Shown: one piece after another, positions 30,114 to 40,641 of the stretch
How positions within the stretch are numbered: position 1 is the stretch's first letter
How the letters are laid out: every line of letters begins with the position of its first letter
Source: an uncultured virus (IMG/VR IMGVR_UViG_3300020204_003072)
Lineage: Duplodnaviria > Heunggongvirae > Uroviricota > Caudoviricetes
DNA length: 64,000 bases
Strand: one strand, 5' to 3'
IMG/VR virus record: IMGVR_UViG_3300020204_003072
Coordinates: 1 to 64,000 of that record
The notes under the pieces: generated by a model
What the model saw: the letters and a program-made list of their open reading frames with translations, nothing else
Database searches by the model: none
Told to the model about the DNA's origin: nothing
Program-made: the position numbers and the translations under genes

Positions 30114-31703
30114 ATGAATAAAAAATTAATTTCAGAAGAAATCCTAAGAATCCGTGAAATGATGGGTTTTAGTAGTTATAACAAAAGATTTCTGACAGAA
30201 GGTGTAGGAAAGTTGTTAGCAGATGAGTCAATGCCTGGTGGTATTGTGGATGATTTGGCATCAATGGGTAAAACAGTTGATGATATATTTTCATACTCAA
30301 CAAAACTTGCAAATGACTTCCCAACAAAAACATTTGATTCAATTATTGATAGAGTTGCAAAAGAAAACACTATTGATAGTGCTTCTGTTACCAATGAAAT
30401 GATGAGAAAATTCATAGCAACACAACCAGGGCTTATGGATGAAATTATGACTGTTGCAGCAAAAATTGCAGATGAAAGTACAACATTAAAAATTAGTGAC
30501 GTTTCTTTTCAAGATGTTTTTACAAAAGCAGGTTTAGAAGAATTTCCAGAAAATTTAAAAAATACTTTAGCAACAAAAATAACTGATATAAATAAAGATA
30601 CGACAAAAAAAATTTTAGACCAATTTGAAAAATTACTTGATGGAAATATAAAAATAAAAAATACACCAGAAGCAAAAGAATTATCAAATAAAATAAGAAA
30701 TAAAAGAGCCGAAATTCTTGATTATGAAGATTATAAAACTAAGAAAAGCTCAAATGTTGACGTTGCAAAAAATGTTACAGAAAAAGAAGATGGTTTTGGT
30801 GAAGGTGATTTCCAAGACTTCAAAAAAAATTGGACAAGAGAAGATGTTGGTGGTGTTACTGACCCAAATCAATACTCTGTAGTTAAAAATAGTGCTGAAG
30901 AAACATTCAAAAATTTACCAGAAACATTTAACCCTTCAGAAATAAAAAGGGGTAGAGTAAATTCATATAAATTTATACAAAACGACGAAAGTACAAATTT
31001 CCAAGATGTTTTAAGATCTAGAACACAGATGGAAGTTACGTTACCAAACGGTAAAAAAACATTAATGTATTCTTCATCTGGCTCAAATGTTGGAACAACA
31101 GGAAAAGAAGCTGGAGAATGGTTTTGGATTCCTGGTTTTGCAAGAAGTGGTTGGTATATAAAAACAACCGAAAGTGTTGCATACACTAAAGGTGGTAATC
31201 AATATATGACAGACTTTGCAAAATATTTAGAAAATAATGGATATAATGGTTTATCTAAAGAAGGTACCACACCAAGTTCAGTTTCTAAAATAGCTTCAAA
31301 TGTAACACCAACATCAACAAATAGATTACAATCAATAGTTGGTGATACAAGTAAAATAAATTGGTCAGTTATTAATAATGCTAAAAATGTAGAAGATTAT
31401 AATAAATTTATTGATGACGCAATAGCAACAAATAATTATATGAAAATATCAAGAGCTGGTTTTGAAGAATATGGAATTCCTAATTTTAGAAAACATTTAA
31501 TGGATTTAGATTTAAAAGCCGGCGATAACTCAATTGCTAGACAAAATGGTTCACAAAATGAATTATATAAAATGAATAGAGAAATTTTTGATTTATATCA
31601 AGCCGAAGGTGGAACATCTGATACTTTTATGGATTGGTTAACAAAATTACCAGAAGATCAACTGGAAGATATATATAACTATATAAACTCAAAAAAACAA
31701 TAA
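30114..31703 (+). CDS. Large hypothetical protein with leader family E (EE..RIREMMGF)
   Basis: N-terminal ~200 aa paralogous to ORF 33966. Confidence 0.75.
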   Translation: MNKKLISEEILRIREMMGFSSYNKRFLTEGVGKLLADESMPGGIVDDLASMGKTVDDIFSYSTKLANDFPTKTFDSIIDRVAKENTIDSASVTNEMMRKFIATQPGLMDEIMTVAAKIADESTTLKISDVSFQDVFTKAGLEEFPENLKNTLATKITDINKDTTKKILDQFEKLLDGNIKIKNTPEAKELSNKIRNKRAEILDYEDYKTKKSSNVDVAKNVTEKEDGFGEGDFQDFKKNWTREDVGGVTDPNQYSVVKNSAEETFKNLPETFNPSEIKRGRVNSYKFIQNDESTNFQDVLRSRTQMEVTLPNGKKTLMYSSSGSNVGTTGKEAGEWFWIPGFARSGWYIKTTESVAYTKGGNQYMTDFAKYLENNGYNGLSKEGTTPSSVSKIASNVTPTSTNRLQSIVGDTSKINWSVINNAKNVEDYNKFIDDAIATNNYMKISRAGFEEYGIPNFRKHLMDLDLKAGDNSIARQNGSQNELYKMNREIFDLYQAEGGTSDTFMDWLTKLPEDQLEDIYNYINSKKQ

Positions 31704-31712
31704 TTTTATCAT

Positions 31713-33914
31713 ATGATGGAAAAACAAATATTATTAGAACTTAGAAGAATTCAAGAACTAATGGGTGTTAAAAAAATAATTAATGAATTTATTATAGACA
31801 CTGGAACTGGTGCAGTACCAAAAGCTAGTCCTGGTACTGGTATTTACGATGAAAAAGGAAACGAAGTTGAAGGAACTGACCCCGATGATGTTAGGTACCC
31901 AACGTATGATTTGGGTCTTCCTCAATTTATGGAACCAACTGAAGCTGGTAGATTTATTAACGGTTTTAATTCACCACCAACTTTAATTATGGGGCCAAAG
32001 GACGGTTCAGGCCCAAAGGTTTGGTATATTACATCATCAACAAAAATTGAAGATATCTTACCACCGGACGTAAAAAGTAAAATACAAATTGGTACTGTCA
32101 CAAATAAAGATGGTCAAGCCATTGAAAATCAAAAATATATTGAAATTGATGCTACATCCGATGAAGAAAAAACCGATAACACTACAGTAGTAAGTAATAA
32201 AAAAATCAAACTATGTTTACCAACACAAGAATGGTTTGATTCTTATGCTAACTTAGGTTTAGCCTATATGTTTGAAAATCCAAAAACAAGTAAAAAATAC
32301 GCACTATTATTTGGAACTTGGGGAATAATGAGACAAACTGGACCTAAAAAAGAAGCGATGACTGGTTATGAAGCGGCTAAAGCTTGTTATGGTGCAGACA
32401 ATGGTTGGGAATTCAAAGTAACAAATGTATTAGGACCAACTGGTAAAGCTTTGGCCCCTTATCAAGAAGTTGGTGGAACAAAATTTTGGGATCCATCAGA
32501 TAAAGAAATGTTTGATACAAGGTCTGTTAATGATACATTCTGGGATAAATGGGGTATTTTCATTGAAATTGCTGTTGGTGTAGCTGTTGCTATTGTCGCA
32601 CCTTGGGTTGCTACCTTTTTAATTAGTCTAGCACCTATGGTTGGTGGTGCTTTTGCTGCAATTGTTGGTGGTTTACAGGGGGTAGCATATGGTGGAACAC
32701 GACTTCTAGTAGTACTTGTTGAAATTATAGCGGAAGGGACACTTCTGGCCCCATTAATTAAAAACCAATTAAGTCGAGGAGATGAAGTTGGTGCTGGAAT
32801 CACGGTAATATTTTGTTTTATACCTTTTTTAACAGAATTAAAACCAATTCATAATTGGTTAAAAAATGGTATTAGCGGTAGCTTTGGTAAAGCTGAAATA
32901 AAAGGTTTATTAGATGAAGTTGCAAAGGTAGATGGTGGATGGAACACAATTATGAATGTTTGGTCTGATTCACAAAGAAATTTATGGGAAGCTACCTTAT
33001 CTCAACAAAATAAAGAAATATTTCAAGTTGGGATGACTGTGGTTAAAAACATAAGTGAAAAAGGAGCCGATGGTTCTAAAGACTTTGGGAAAGCTGTTGC
33101 TGATTACATGAATCAAAACGCTGACAAGGTTTTAAAAAATGCTAGACAGTTAGGATATACACCAATTGAAAAGGCAGTTGAAGATATTACAACGACTATA
33201 GTAACTATGCCTTTTTCTTTTACATCATTATTTACACAAACAGGATTAAAAGCAAGTCTAGCTAGGGGAATTATGACTTTTGCACCTGTTGCAATTGCCC
33301 TACAACAAATAGGTAAAAAAATAAAAGAACAATTTCCAAACGAACAAGAGCAAAAACTTAAAGAAATGGAAGAAAAAGTTACAAAAGCTTTTGAAGACTT
33401 GGGAAATAATCCTGGTCAAGCTTATCAATTTGAATTGATGGCTACTTTATATCAAAAATTAGGTTGGTTAGATAAAGTTGGTGAAGTGACAAATTTAACA
33501 ATAGACAAAATTCTTGATAACCCAGAATTAAAAACGATGTACGATAATGAAGTTAAAACAACAATTGCTGAGCTTTTAAATAAAGAAGCAATAAAGCGAG
33601 CAAAAGAAGAAGAAAAAAAAGCTGCGGAATATTTATTATCAACTAGTGCCCAACAACAAATTGCAACTATTCAAACACTAATTATAATTAATCAATTACA
33701 AACTAATATATTACCATCATTACTTGAAGGTCTTGGATATAAAAATCTTAAATTTGTTGACCCTTGTTGTGCAAGTTATTCCCAAACAGAAGACGCTCAG
33801 GAATTTATAGGAGAAAACGATGTTAAAGGTTTTATCGTATTTCCTAAAACAATGAAAGAAAATGATCCGTTTAAAATTGTTGTAAATGGTCAACAAGTTT
33901 GGCCAAAAGTCTAA
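31713..33914 (+). CDS. Large protein with leader E and central hydrophobic helices
   Basis: LLELRRIQELMG; long hydrophobic stretch around residues 280-375. Confidence 0.75.
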   Translation: MMEKQILLELRRIQELMGVKKIINEFIIDTGTGAVPKASPGTGIYDEKGNEVEGTDPDDVRYPTYDLGLPQFMEPTEAGRFINGFNSPPTLIMGPKDGSGPKVWYITSSTKIEDILPPDVKSKIQIGTVTNKDGQAIENQKYIEIDATSDEEKTDNTTVVSNKKIKLCLPTQEWFDSYANLGLAYMFENPKTSKKYALLFGTWGIMRQTGPKKEAMTGYEAAKACYGADNGWEFKVTNVLGPTGKALAPYQEVGGTKFWDPSDKEMFDTRSVNDTFWDKWGIFIEIAVGVAVAIVAPWVATFLISLAPMVGGAFAAIVGGLQGVAYGGTRLLVVLVEIIAEGTLLAPLIKNQLSRGDEVGAGITVIFCFIPFLTELKPIHNWLKNGISGSFGKAEIKGLLDEVAKVDGGWNTIMNVWSDSQRNLWEATLSQQNKEIFQVGMTVVKNISEKGADGSKDFGKAVADYMNQNADKVLKNARQLGYTPIEKAVEDITTTIVTMPFSFTSLFTQTGLKASLARGIMTFAPVAIALQQIGKKIKEQFPNEQEQKLKEMEEKVTKAFEDLGNNPGQAYQFELMATLYQKLGWLDKVGEVTNLTIDKILDNPELKTMYDNEVKTTIAELLNKEAIKRAKEEEKKAAEYLLSTSAQQQIATIQTLIIINQLQTNILPSLLEGLGYKNLKFVDPCCASYSQTEDAQEFIGENDVKGFIVFPKTMKENDPFKIVVNGQQVWPKV

Positions 33915-33965
33915 TAATTTTTTCATTTATTAGATTATTAACATATTTATTATAAAATTATAGTT

Positions 33966-35447
33966 ATGAAAGAACGTTTACTTATAGAAGAATTAGTTAG
34001 AATCAGAGAAATGATGGGTTTTAGTGGTTATAATAAAAAATTATTATTGGAATTTGGTCGTCAATTAGCAGATGAGGCAATGCCTGGTGGTATTATGGAT
34101 GATTTGGCAGCTTTAGGAAAAACAGTTGATGATATATTTTCATACTCAACAAAACTTGCAAATGACTTCCCAACAAGAACATTTGATTCAATTGTAGAAA
34201 AAGTTGCTGACGAAAATGGTGGAATTTCACCAGGTTCTGTTACTAAAGAAATGATGCAAGAATTTTTTGCTAAATCAGGTGTCTTTGATGATTTGACAGA
34301 AGTTGCAACAAAACTTGCAGATGAAAAAGTTGGTGGTTATATGACAGATGTAAATTTTACAAACGCGTTTAACAATGCTGGTCAAGGTGGATTACCAGGT
34401 AGTGTACAAGTTGTTGTAAAACAAAAAATTACCGCTCAGAATAAAAGTACAACAGAATCAATTTTAGAACAATTCAGAAGACTTATTGAAAGTGACACAA
34501 CTTTAAAAAATTCTGACGCTGGTAAAAAAATGTTGGATACAATTAATAATAAAAAGAAAGAAATTGCAGATTTTGATGCAAATGAAGTAAGAAAATCAAC
34601 AAGTACTGGTGGAGTTGGTGGAAGAGCAGGTACCGGACCAACGCAGGCGGAAATTGATGCCGCGATGGACGCATTAACAAATAGAATTAGTAATATTGAT
34701 ACAACATCTGAAAGTACAATTATGAGTAGTTTGAATTCAATTTTAGACGAGCTTGAAACAAATGGTTTAATTAAATACCCAAAAGGTGTTACTAAAGAAA
34801 TGGTTGTAAAAGATTTAACAGCAGCAATTCAAAGACTTTCAAACAACGCACAAGCCGCTGAAGCGGCATTTAATAAACTGACAACAGCTGAACAAGCAGA
34901 ATGGGCACAAAAAGTAATAAAAGATTTAGAAAATGCTAGAGCTAAAGTTGAAGGTGACCCTAATAAACCTGGTTGGTTTAAAAGAACGTTTTTTAGTTGG
35001 TTAAATGAAACAGCTGAAGTTGGTAAAAAAGGAAATAAAATTGAACCAATAAAAATTGTAAAAGGATTTTTTAAAATTTATTTTTTGATAGGGGGGATTT
35101 CTTTTGCTGTTTGTGCTATTAAAAATATATGGGACTTTAAACAAGAAGGTGTTGAAGGTATTAATAGTGGAAAAGATTTTGCAGATTGTTTATTCACCAT
35201 TGCAACTTGGGCTCCAGATGGGATAGTTTACCTATTAAATTTAGGTGAGGAAGTTTTAGATACCGATTATGAAAATACCCCCGAATCTTTTAGAAAATGG
35301 GCTGACACTAAAGAAGTAAAAGATAAATATAAGTATATTGATTCTGGATATGACGCAGATGGAAAAACATACTATTTTAAATTTAATGATGGTACTGTTA
35401 AAGATGTTAAATTTGACGCTGATAATCAAACTTGGGTAGTTGAATAA
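33966..35447 (+). CDS. Paralog of ORF 30114 with different, TM-containing C-terminus
   Basis: Shared ~58-nt identical DNA block (about 30270-30327 vs 34118-34176). Confidence 0.75.
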   Translation: MKERLLIEELVRIREMMGFSGYNKKLLLEFGRQLADEAMPGGIMDDLAALGKTVDDIFSYSTKLANDFPTRTFDSIVEKVADENGGISPGSVTKEMMQEFFAKSGVFDDLTEVATKLADEKVGGYMTDVNFTNAFNNAGQGGLPGSVQVVVKQKITAQNKSTTESILEQFRRLIESDTTLKNSDAGKKMLDTINNKKKEIADFDANEVRKSTSTGGVGGRAGTGPTQAEIDAAMDALTNRISNIDTTSESTIMSSLNSILDELETNGLIKYPKGVTKEMVVKDLTAAIQRLSNNAQAAEAAFNKLTTAEQAEWAQKVIKDLENARAKVEGDPNKPGWFKRTFFSWLNETAEVGKKGNKIEPIKIVKGFFKIYFLIGGISFAVCAIKNIWDFKQEGVEGINSGKDFADCLFTIATWAPDGIVYLLNLGEEVLDTDYENTPESFRKWADTKEVKDKYKYIDSGYDADGKTYYFKFNDGTVKDVKFDADNQTWVVE

Positions 35448-35471
35448 AATAATCAATAAAAAATGTAAAAA

Positions 35472-37892
35472 ATGATTTTAGGTAATTTTAGATATTGTAT
35501 TAAATCTGGTGGGTCTTGGCGAGACGCAAAAGATAAGTCAGAATATGACACAGTAAAGGCTGCAAATTCAAATAACGCAAAAAAATATTCAAAAGAATAT
35601 AATTGTGATGGAAAAATAGCACCAAGTCCTCCAAGTCCTCCAAGTCCTCCAAGTCCTCCAAGTCCTCCAAGTCCTCCAAGTCCTCCAAGTCCTCCAAGTC
35701 CTCCAAGTCCTCCAAGTCCTCCAAGTCCAAGTACTAGTTATAGTGTTTGTCCTGGACCAACATATTCAAGAGGTTGTAAAGATAGCGGAGCGCCAAATCC
35801 GAATGGTATAATATATAAGGTACAAGGATGTATTGGAGCAAAACAAGATAGTTTATTTGGTCCAAAAACAGAAACAGCTCTTAAACTAAAAACTGGAAAA
35901 ACAACATTTACTGATGATGATTTTTCTACAATATGTAAAACAAGTGGTGGTGATAACACTGGTGGTGATAACACTAGTGGTGGACAAGGAATGAAACCAG
36001 AAGATCAAAAGAAATTTTTTGAAAAACTAGAAAGAACAGGTAGAATTTATGATGGGTATATACAATATTTATCACAAGAAACCGACATTTCAAGTAAAGA
36101 CGGAAAATCAATTTATAGTTGTTGTTATATTAAAAAATTTGAATGTTCAAGAAATCAAGAAGGAAAAATAATATCAATTGGAAATGGCGTACCAATTTCA
36201 AGTAAAAGCGACGTTAAATTTTCTGAAGATTATATTTATATTATTTTATTTCCAGATTTAATTTATGGTTATATGACAAAAAGAGGTTCTATTGCACTTA
36301 ATGGTTATAAATTAACTTGGACACCAGATGATCCTAACTCTCAAAATATTTTCTTAGAATCAAAAAGAAGAAATATTAAAGAACAAAACATTGATTTTTC
36401 TGGTCTTCTTGGTAGTAATTGGAATTTTAATGCTGGTGGTGGAAATCGAGGTTCTGGAACTAATCAACAACAAGGAAATCAATCTGGAAGTGGTAATCAA
36501 CAACAAGGAAATCAATCTGGAAGTGGTAATCAAATTCAAGGAAAAAAATATGAAATTGACTATGACAAACTATGTGCTTACGTAAACCCAAAAAGAGACG
36601 AGGCCATACAAATCATTGAAGGAATGAGGGATATGAAGATTCCAGTTTTCAATATTCCATTAGTTAACGCAGAAGGTAAGAAAGAACTACAACAGACAAT
36701 TGATGAATTAAAAAAAGTAGATTGTAAAACAGTTTGTGAACCAGGGAATTTAAAAATTTTAGCAGATGGAAAAGCTATGATTTTAGATAAACAAAAAAAT
36801 GACCCAAATGCTAAATATGTTGAAAACAAGTTAGCAAGATTATTGGTTTTAATTGAAGAAATTGAAAGTGAATGTAAAAGAATAGATAGGGAAAAAAGAA
36901 ACTTTGAATCACAAAATCAAGGTGGTAGTCAAGGTTCTGGAACTCAAGGGTCTGGTAGTAGTCAAGGTACTGGTAGTAGTCAAGGATCTGGTGGTACAAC
37001 TGTTGTTACTGGAAGTAGAAAAGACGAATTAAGAAAAATGTTTGGTTTTGTCGATGAAAATGGTGATATTATACCACCAAAATCAAGAATTAGTAGAATG
37101 AATAAAATACCAGAAAAAGGTGTTGCTGGTTTTGGAAGTTTACAATATGCAATTGATAACTATAATGCAAGATCTGAATGGTTTGAAGATTATAACGAAC
37201 TAATGGATACTGAAGGGTTATCACAGTTTAAATTGAAATTCCCAGAAGATTTTGAAGATGAAGATTATGCGGGAATGATAATTAATAAGGAAAACTATTC
37301 TGAATTAACCCCATTGAAAGCAGGTTCAAAAACCCAATATAAAAGATTTACTTTTGGTGACTTTTTGGAAACTAGCTCAACCTTACCAATTTTCCAGACA
37401 CAAGCGGGTACTGGTGAATATAATGTTGAAAAAACAAAATGTATTGGTAACCCAAGAGAAAAATTAATTAACTATCTTACAGCAGCATTTTCAGCGTCAA
37501 GAAAGTTTAGAGGTAGTAATGAATTAGATTATTTTGAAAGGTGTCTTGCGACCAAAAAATTACAAAATGCTTTTGACGATGAAGGTCCGCTAAGAAAAAG
37601 TGATTTTGAAGAAGTTGATACAGATAGGTTACCTTTTGGTGTTTTTAATAACAAACTTAATCTAAAAGAAATTATTAAATTGTTAAGAGGTGAAGAAGTT
37701 AACGGTGTTAGAATTAATAATTCAAGTTTGATAGACAAAAACTTTTATAGAGAAGGTTTTGCGGTTTACGAATCAGTAAGAAAAACAGTTAAGAAAAATT
37801 TAAGTGAAGCAATTACTAAAAAGAAAAATTTAAAACTTACAGAATCTACTTTAACTAAAATTTTAACAAATATAAAAAGAAAAGGATACTAA
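35472..37892 (+). CDS. Large protein with (PSP)12 tract, peptidoglycan-binding-like motif and G/Q/S linkers
   Basis: IYKVQGCIGAKQDSLFGPKTETAL; leader-like motif at C-terminus (LKLTESTLTKIL). Confidence 0.7.
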   Translation: MILGNFRYCIKSGGSWRDAKDKSEYDTVKAANSNNAKKYSKEYNCDGKIAPSPPSPPSPPSPPSPPSPPSPPSPPSPPSPPSPPSPSTSYSVCPGPTYSRGCKDSGAPNPNGIIYKVQGCIGAKQDSLFGPKTETALKLKTGKTTFTDDDFSTICKTSGGDNTGGDNTSGGQGMKPEDQKKFFEKLERTGRIYDGYIQYLSQETDISSKDGKSIYSCCYIKKFECSRNQEGKIISIGNGVPISSKSDVKFSEDYIYIILFPDLIYGYMTKRGSIALNGYKLTWTPDDPNSQNIFLESKRRNIKEQNIDFSGLLGSNWNFNAGGGNRGSGTNQQQGNQSGSGNQQQGNQSGSGNQIQGKKYEIDYDKLCAYVNPKRDEAIQIIEGMRDMKIPVFNIPLVNAEGKKELQQTIDELKKVDCKTVCEPGNLKILADGKAMILDKQKNDPNAKYVENKLARLLVLIEEIESECKRIDREKRNFESQNQGGSQGSGTQGSGSSQGTGSSQGSGGTTVVTGSRKDELRKMFGFVDENGDIIPPKSRISRMNKIPEKGVAGFGSLQYAIDNYNARSEWFEDYNELMDTEGLSQFKLKFPEDFEDEDYAGMIINKENYSELTPLKAGSKTQYKRFTFGDFLETSSTLPIFQTQAGTGEYNVEKTKCIGNPREKLINYLTAAFSASRKFRGSNELDYFERCLATKKLQNAFDDEGPLRKSDFEEVDTDRLPFGVFNNKLNLKEIIKLLRGEEVNGVRINNSSLIDKNFYREGFAVYESVRKTVKKNLSEAITKKKNLKLTESTLTKILTNIKRKGY
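35622..35729 (+). repeat. 9-bp tandem repeat CCAAGTCCT x11 perfect plus one variant unit
   Basis: Read directly; encodes (Pro-Ser-Pro)12. Confidence 0.97.
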
Positions 37893-37966
37893 AGATACTT
37901 GTTTGGTGTAGTTACCGAATAAGAATAAACCATCTAAAAGAAGGAGGTGTTTAAGTATCTGACAAG

Positions 37967-37995
37967 ATAGGAACTTCGGTTCCTATTTTGTTTTT
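37967..37995 (+). terminator. Intrinsic terminator
   Basis: ATAGGAAC-TTCG-GTTCCTAT followed by T-run. Confidence 0.85.
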
Positions 37996-38013
37996 ATGTT
38001 GTATTTATTTATT

Positions 38014-38763
38014 ATGGGAAGATTTATTCAAGCAAGGGTTAGTGCCTCTGTAAAAAATTTTGAAAATCAATTGATGGAAAAATATAATTTGATACCATAT
38101 ACCAATAATGAAACTCCAACCGTTTTTTTTGGTTTATACCGTAAAGAAGATTATGAAGACTTTGATTTACATAGGAGCAATTCGATAATTGTTTGGTGTG
38201 GAAGTGATTCACATAAAATTGATAAATTTATAGATTTTGTACCTAAAATTAGAACTGTTAAAAATATTGCAAAGTCCAGTTTTATTTCAGAAGACTTAAA
38301 TACGTTTAATATTGCAAATGAAATTTTACCTATAACACCAACGTTAAATATTAAAAATCAAAAACCTAGAGGTGAAAATGTATATTTTTATGGTAGTGTA
38401 GAAAATAATTTTTATGGTATTGATATTTTGAACCGAATTAAAAATAAATTACCATATAAAATATATATAACACAAAAAGACACTTACAATAAGGAAGAAC
38501 TACAAAAAATATATGAGTCGTGTTTTATTGGACTTAGGTTGACAAAACACGATGGTTTACCAAACACAGTATGTGAATTAGGTCTTATGGGTAGGAAATG
38601 TATCTACAATGGAAACTTACCAAATGCAATACCATTTTTGGATGATGAAGATATTATTAATATAATAAATAAAGAATATGAAAATAGAATGGAAGATAAT
38701 TCACAAATTGTTGATGATTTTTATCATTATCTTAATATAAACGATAATTGGCTTTATTATTAA
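38014..38763 (+). CDS. Putative GT-B fold glycosyltransferase
   Basis: IYESCFIGLRLTKHDGLPNTVCELGLMGR resembles the GT4-type E-x7-E region; next to GT2 gene. Confidence 0.6.
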   Translation: MGRFIQARVSASVKNFENQLMEKYNLIPYTNNETPTVFFGLYRKEDYEDFDLHRSNSIIVWCGSDSHKIDKFIDFVPKIRTVKNIAKSSFISEDLNTFNIANEILPITPTLNIKNQKPRGENVYFYGSVENNFYGIDILNRIKNKLPYKIYITQKDTYNKEELQKIYESCFIGLRLTKHDGLPNTVCELGLMGRKCIYNGNLPNAIPFLDDEDIINIINKEYENRMEDNSQIVDDFYHYLNINDNWLYY

Positions 38764-38780
38764 AAATCATAATATAAAAC

Positions 38781-40601
38781 ATGGGTAAAATAATTTTAGA
38801 AAATATTTTTGAAAACGAAAAAGAACCAATACTAACTGTTGCACTCCCGGTCTACAATAGTAAAAAAATAGCATGGGTGTGTCTTGAAAGTTTAGTAAAA
38901 CAAGAAAATATAAATTTTAATTGGGAACTTATCATATATGAAGAAGAACACGAACAATCAATATTCCCAAATGTTTTATATGATTATATAGAAGAATTAA
39001 AATCTGTTGGATGTTCTAAAATATTATTTATAAGTGGAAAAGAAAAAGTATCTCTTGTTGAAAAATGGATTGAAATTGGAAAAAATGTTAGCCCAACATC
39101 TCAGTGTTTTATGCTCCAAGCCGCCGATTGTTATTCACCAAAATCAAGACTTAAAATAAGTTATGAAAAAATAGTAAATGAAGATTATGACTGGTATGAT
39201 CAAACTAAAGGTTATTTTTATTCTTTTATAAGTGATAGAGTAATTCTATATGAATTCAAAGGATTAACAAATTTAAATATGTCCCTTAAAACGGAATATA
39301 TGAAAAATTTACCATTTTCTAAACTTAAAAGTGGTATTGATGGTTACATATATAACCATTGTGTTATTTCTTGTAAACAAGTTTCTAGAAATTTTAGAAG
39401 ATATTTTGACGATAAACTATATAATGATAGTATTGACACACAGGGACATAATAACATAAGCCATTCCAGAGAATCATATTTTGATACAAAACCAAATATT
39501 TTTACAAAAACAAATTTAAGTGTTAACGATTTAGGTTGGCCATACAATATAAAAAATTCAATAAATTCGACATCCATATATGAACTTACAATAATAATAT
39601 CAACATATTTAAACACAAAATATTTAGAAGATTGTTTTAATTCAATTATAAATTCAATTGGTGAAAAGAAAGTACAAGTTTTGGTTGGTATTGATTCTTG
39701 CCTTGAATCCAAAGAACATATCGAATCACATAGTTATCCAGGTTATTTTGAATTTTTCTTTTTTGGAAAGAACAACGGACCTTATATTGTATTTAACACT
39801 TTATCAAAATTAGCAAAATCAAAAAACATTTTATTCTTTGGTTCCGATGATATTATGGATTTAAATATGGTTGAAGATTCAATTAAGGGTCTTACGACAC
39901 ACGATTGTGTAAAACCATATTATACAAATTTTGTCGATGGTAAACCATATAATTCACAAACAAAAAAACACGTTGGTGAAGGTGTGTTCGCAATTAGAAA
40001 AGACATATTTGATTATATGAACGGGTTTGAACCCTGGATGTGTGCCGCAGATTCTGATTTTATGGGTAGATTATATGGAACAAAACAATATAAATTTAAG
40101 TTCACAAATAAAATTAATTTTTATAGAAGAATACATAAAAATGGTTTAACAAGTAGACCAGATACCGGAATGGGTTCAAAATTAAGAGCACATTATGGAA
40201 AATTAGCAAGACAACGAAATTCTGTCGGACCAATAATTAAAATGGTCACAGAACCATATATTATGCTTAACACACAAACAGTAACAACATTAAGAAAAGA
40301 CATTACAAGTCCAAACATACCAAAGGTTGAAAAAAACATATCACCTTTAAGTTTATTACAGAATAAATCTGTTGAACCACAACCTTTTAGGAATTATATA
40401 ATAGAAGAAGTTAAACACAAACCAAAATCACAAATAAAAGAAAGACCACCAATTAGTCAAGTAAAACAAAACCACAAACCAGAAAAACAATTAGACAAAA
40501 ATTCATTAGCGAATAAATCAAAGAGTGTTTCAGTAAATAAAAAACCACAAATTTCAGAAACCAAAGATTTTAATATTGGTAAAGATTCATTAAGAGTTTG
40601 A
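38781..40601 (+). CDS. Tandem GT2 glycosyltransferase
   Basis: Two GT-A N-termini (LTVALPVYN; LTIIISTY..YLEDCFNSI); FFGSDD; ADSDF. Confidence 0.85.
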   Translation: MGKIILENIFENEKEPILTVALPVYNSKKIAWVCLESLVKQENINFNWELIIYEEEHEQSIFPNVLYDYIEELKSVGCSKILFISGKEKVSLVEKWIEIGKNVSPTSQCFMLQAADCYSPKSRLKISYEKIVNEDYDWYDQTKGYFYSFISDRVILYEFKGLTNLNMSLKTEYMKNLPFSKLKSGIDGYIYNHCVISCKQVSRNFRRYFDDKLYNDSIDTQGHNNISHSRESYFDTKPNIFTKTNLSVNDLGWPYNIKNSINSTSIYELTIIISTYLNTKYLEDCFNSIINSIGEKKVQVLVGIDSCLESKEHIESHSYPGYFEFFFFGKNNGPYIVFNTLSKLAKSKNILFFGSDDIMDLNMVEDSIKGLTTHDCVKPYYTNFVDGKPYNSQTKKHVGEGVFAIRKDIFDYMNGFEPWMCAADSDFMGRLYGTKQYKFKFTNKINFYRRIHKNGLTSRPDTGMGSKLRAHYGKLARQRNSVGPIIKMVTEPYIMLNTQTVTTLRKDITSPNIPKVEKNISPLSLLQNKSVEPQPFRNYIIEEVKHKPKSQIKERPPISQVKQNHKPEKQLDKNSLANKSKSVSVNKKPQISETKDFNIGKDSLRV

Positions 40602-40641
40602 TTTATTATGTTTTAATTTTTATGTTTTATAGAAAAATCAT

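Noticed and set aside
28129..35447. Diversity-generating retroelement template/variable repeats
   Set aside because: No reverse transcriptase in the window; differences between duplicated blocks are not adenine-specific and the blocks are coding gene ends.
35500..35730. Minus-strand (DLE)n ORF
   Set aside because: Antisense shadow of the CCAAGTCCT repeat.
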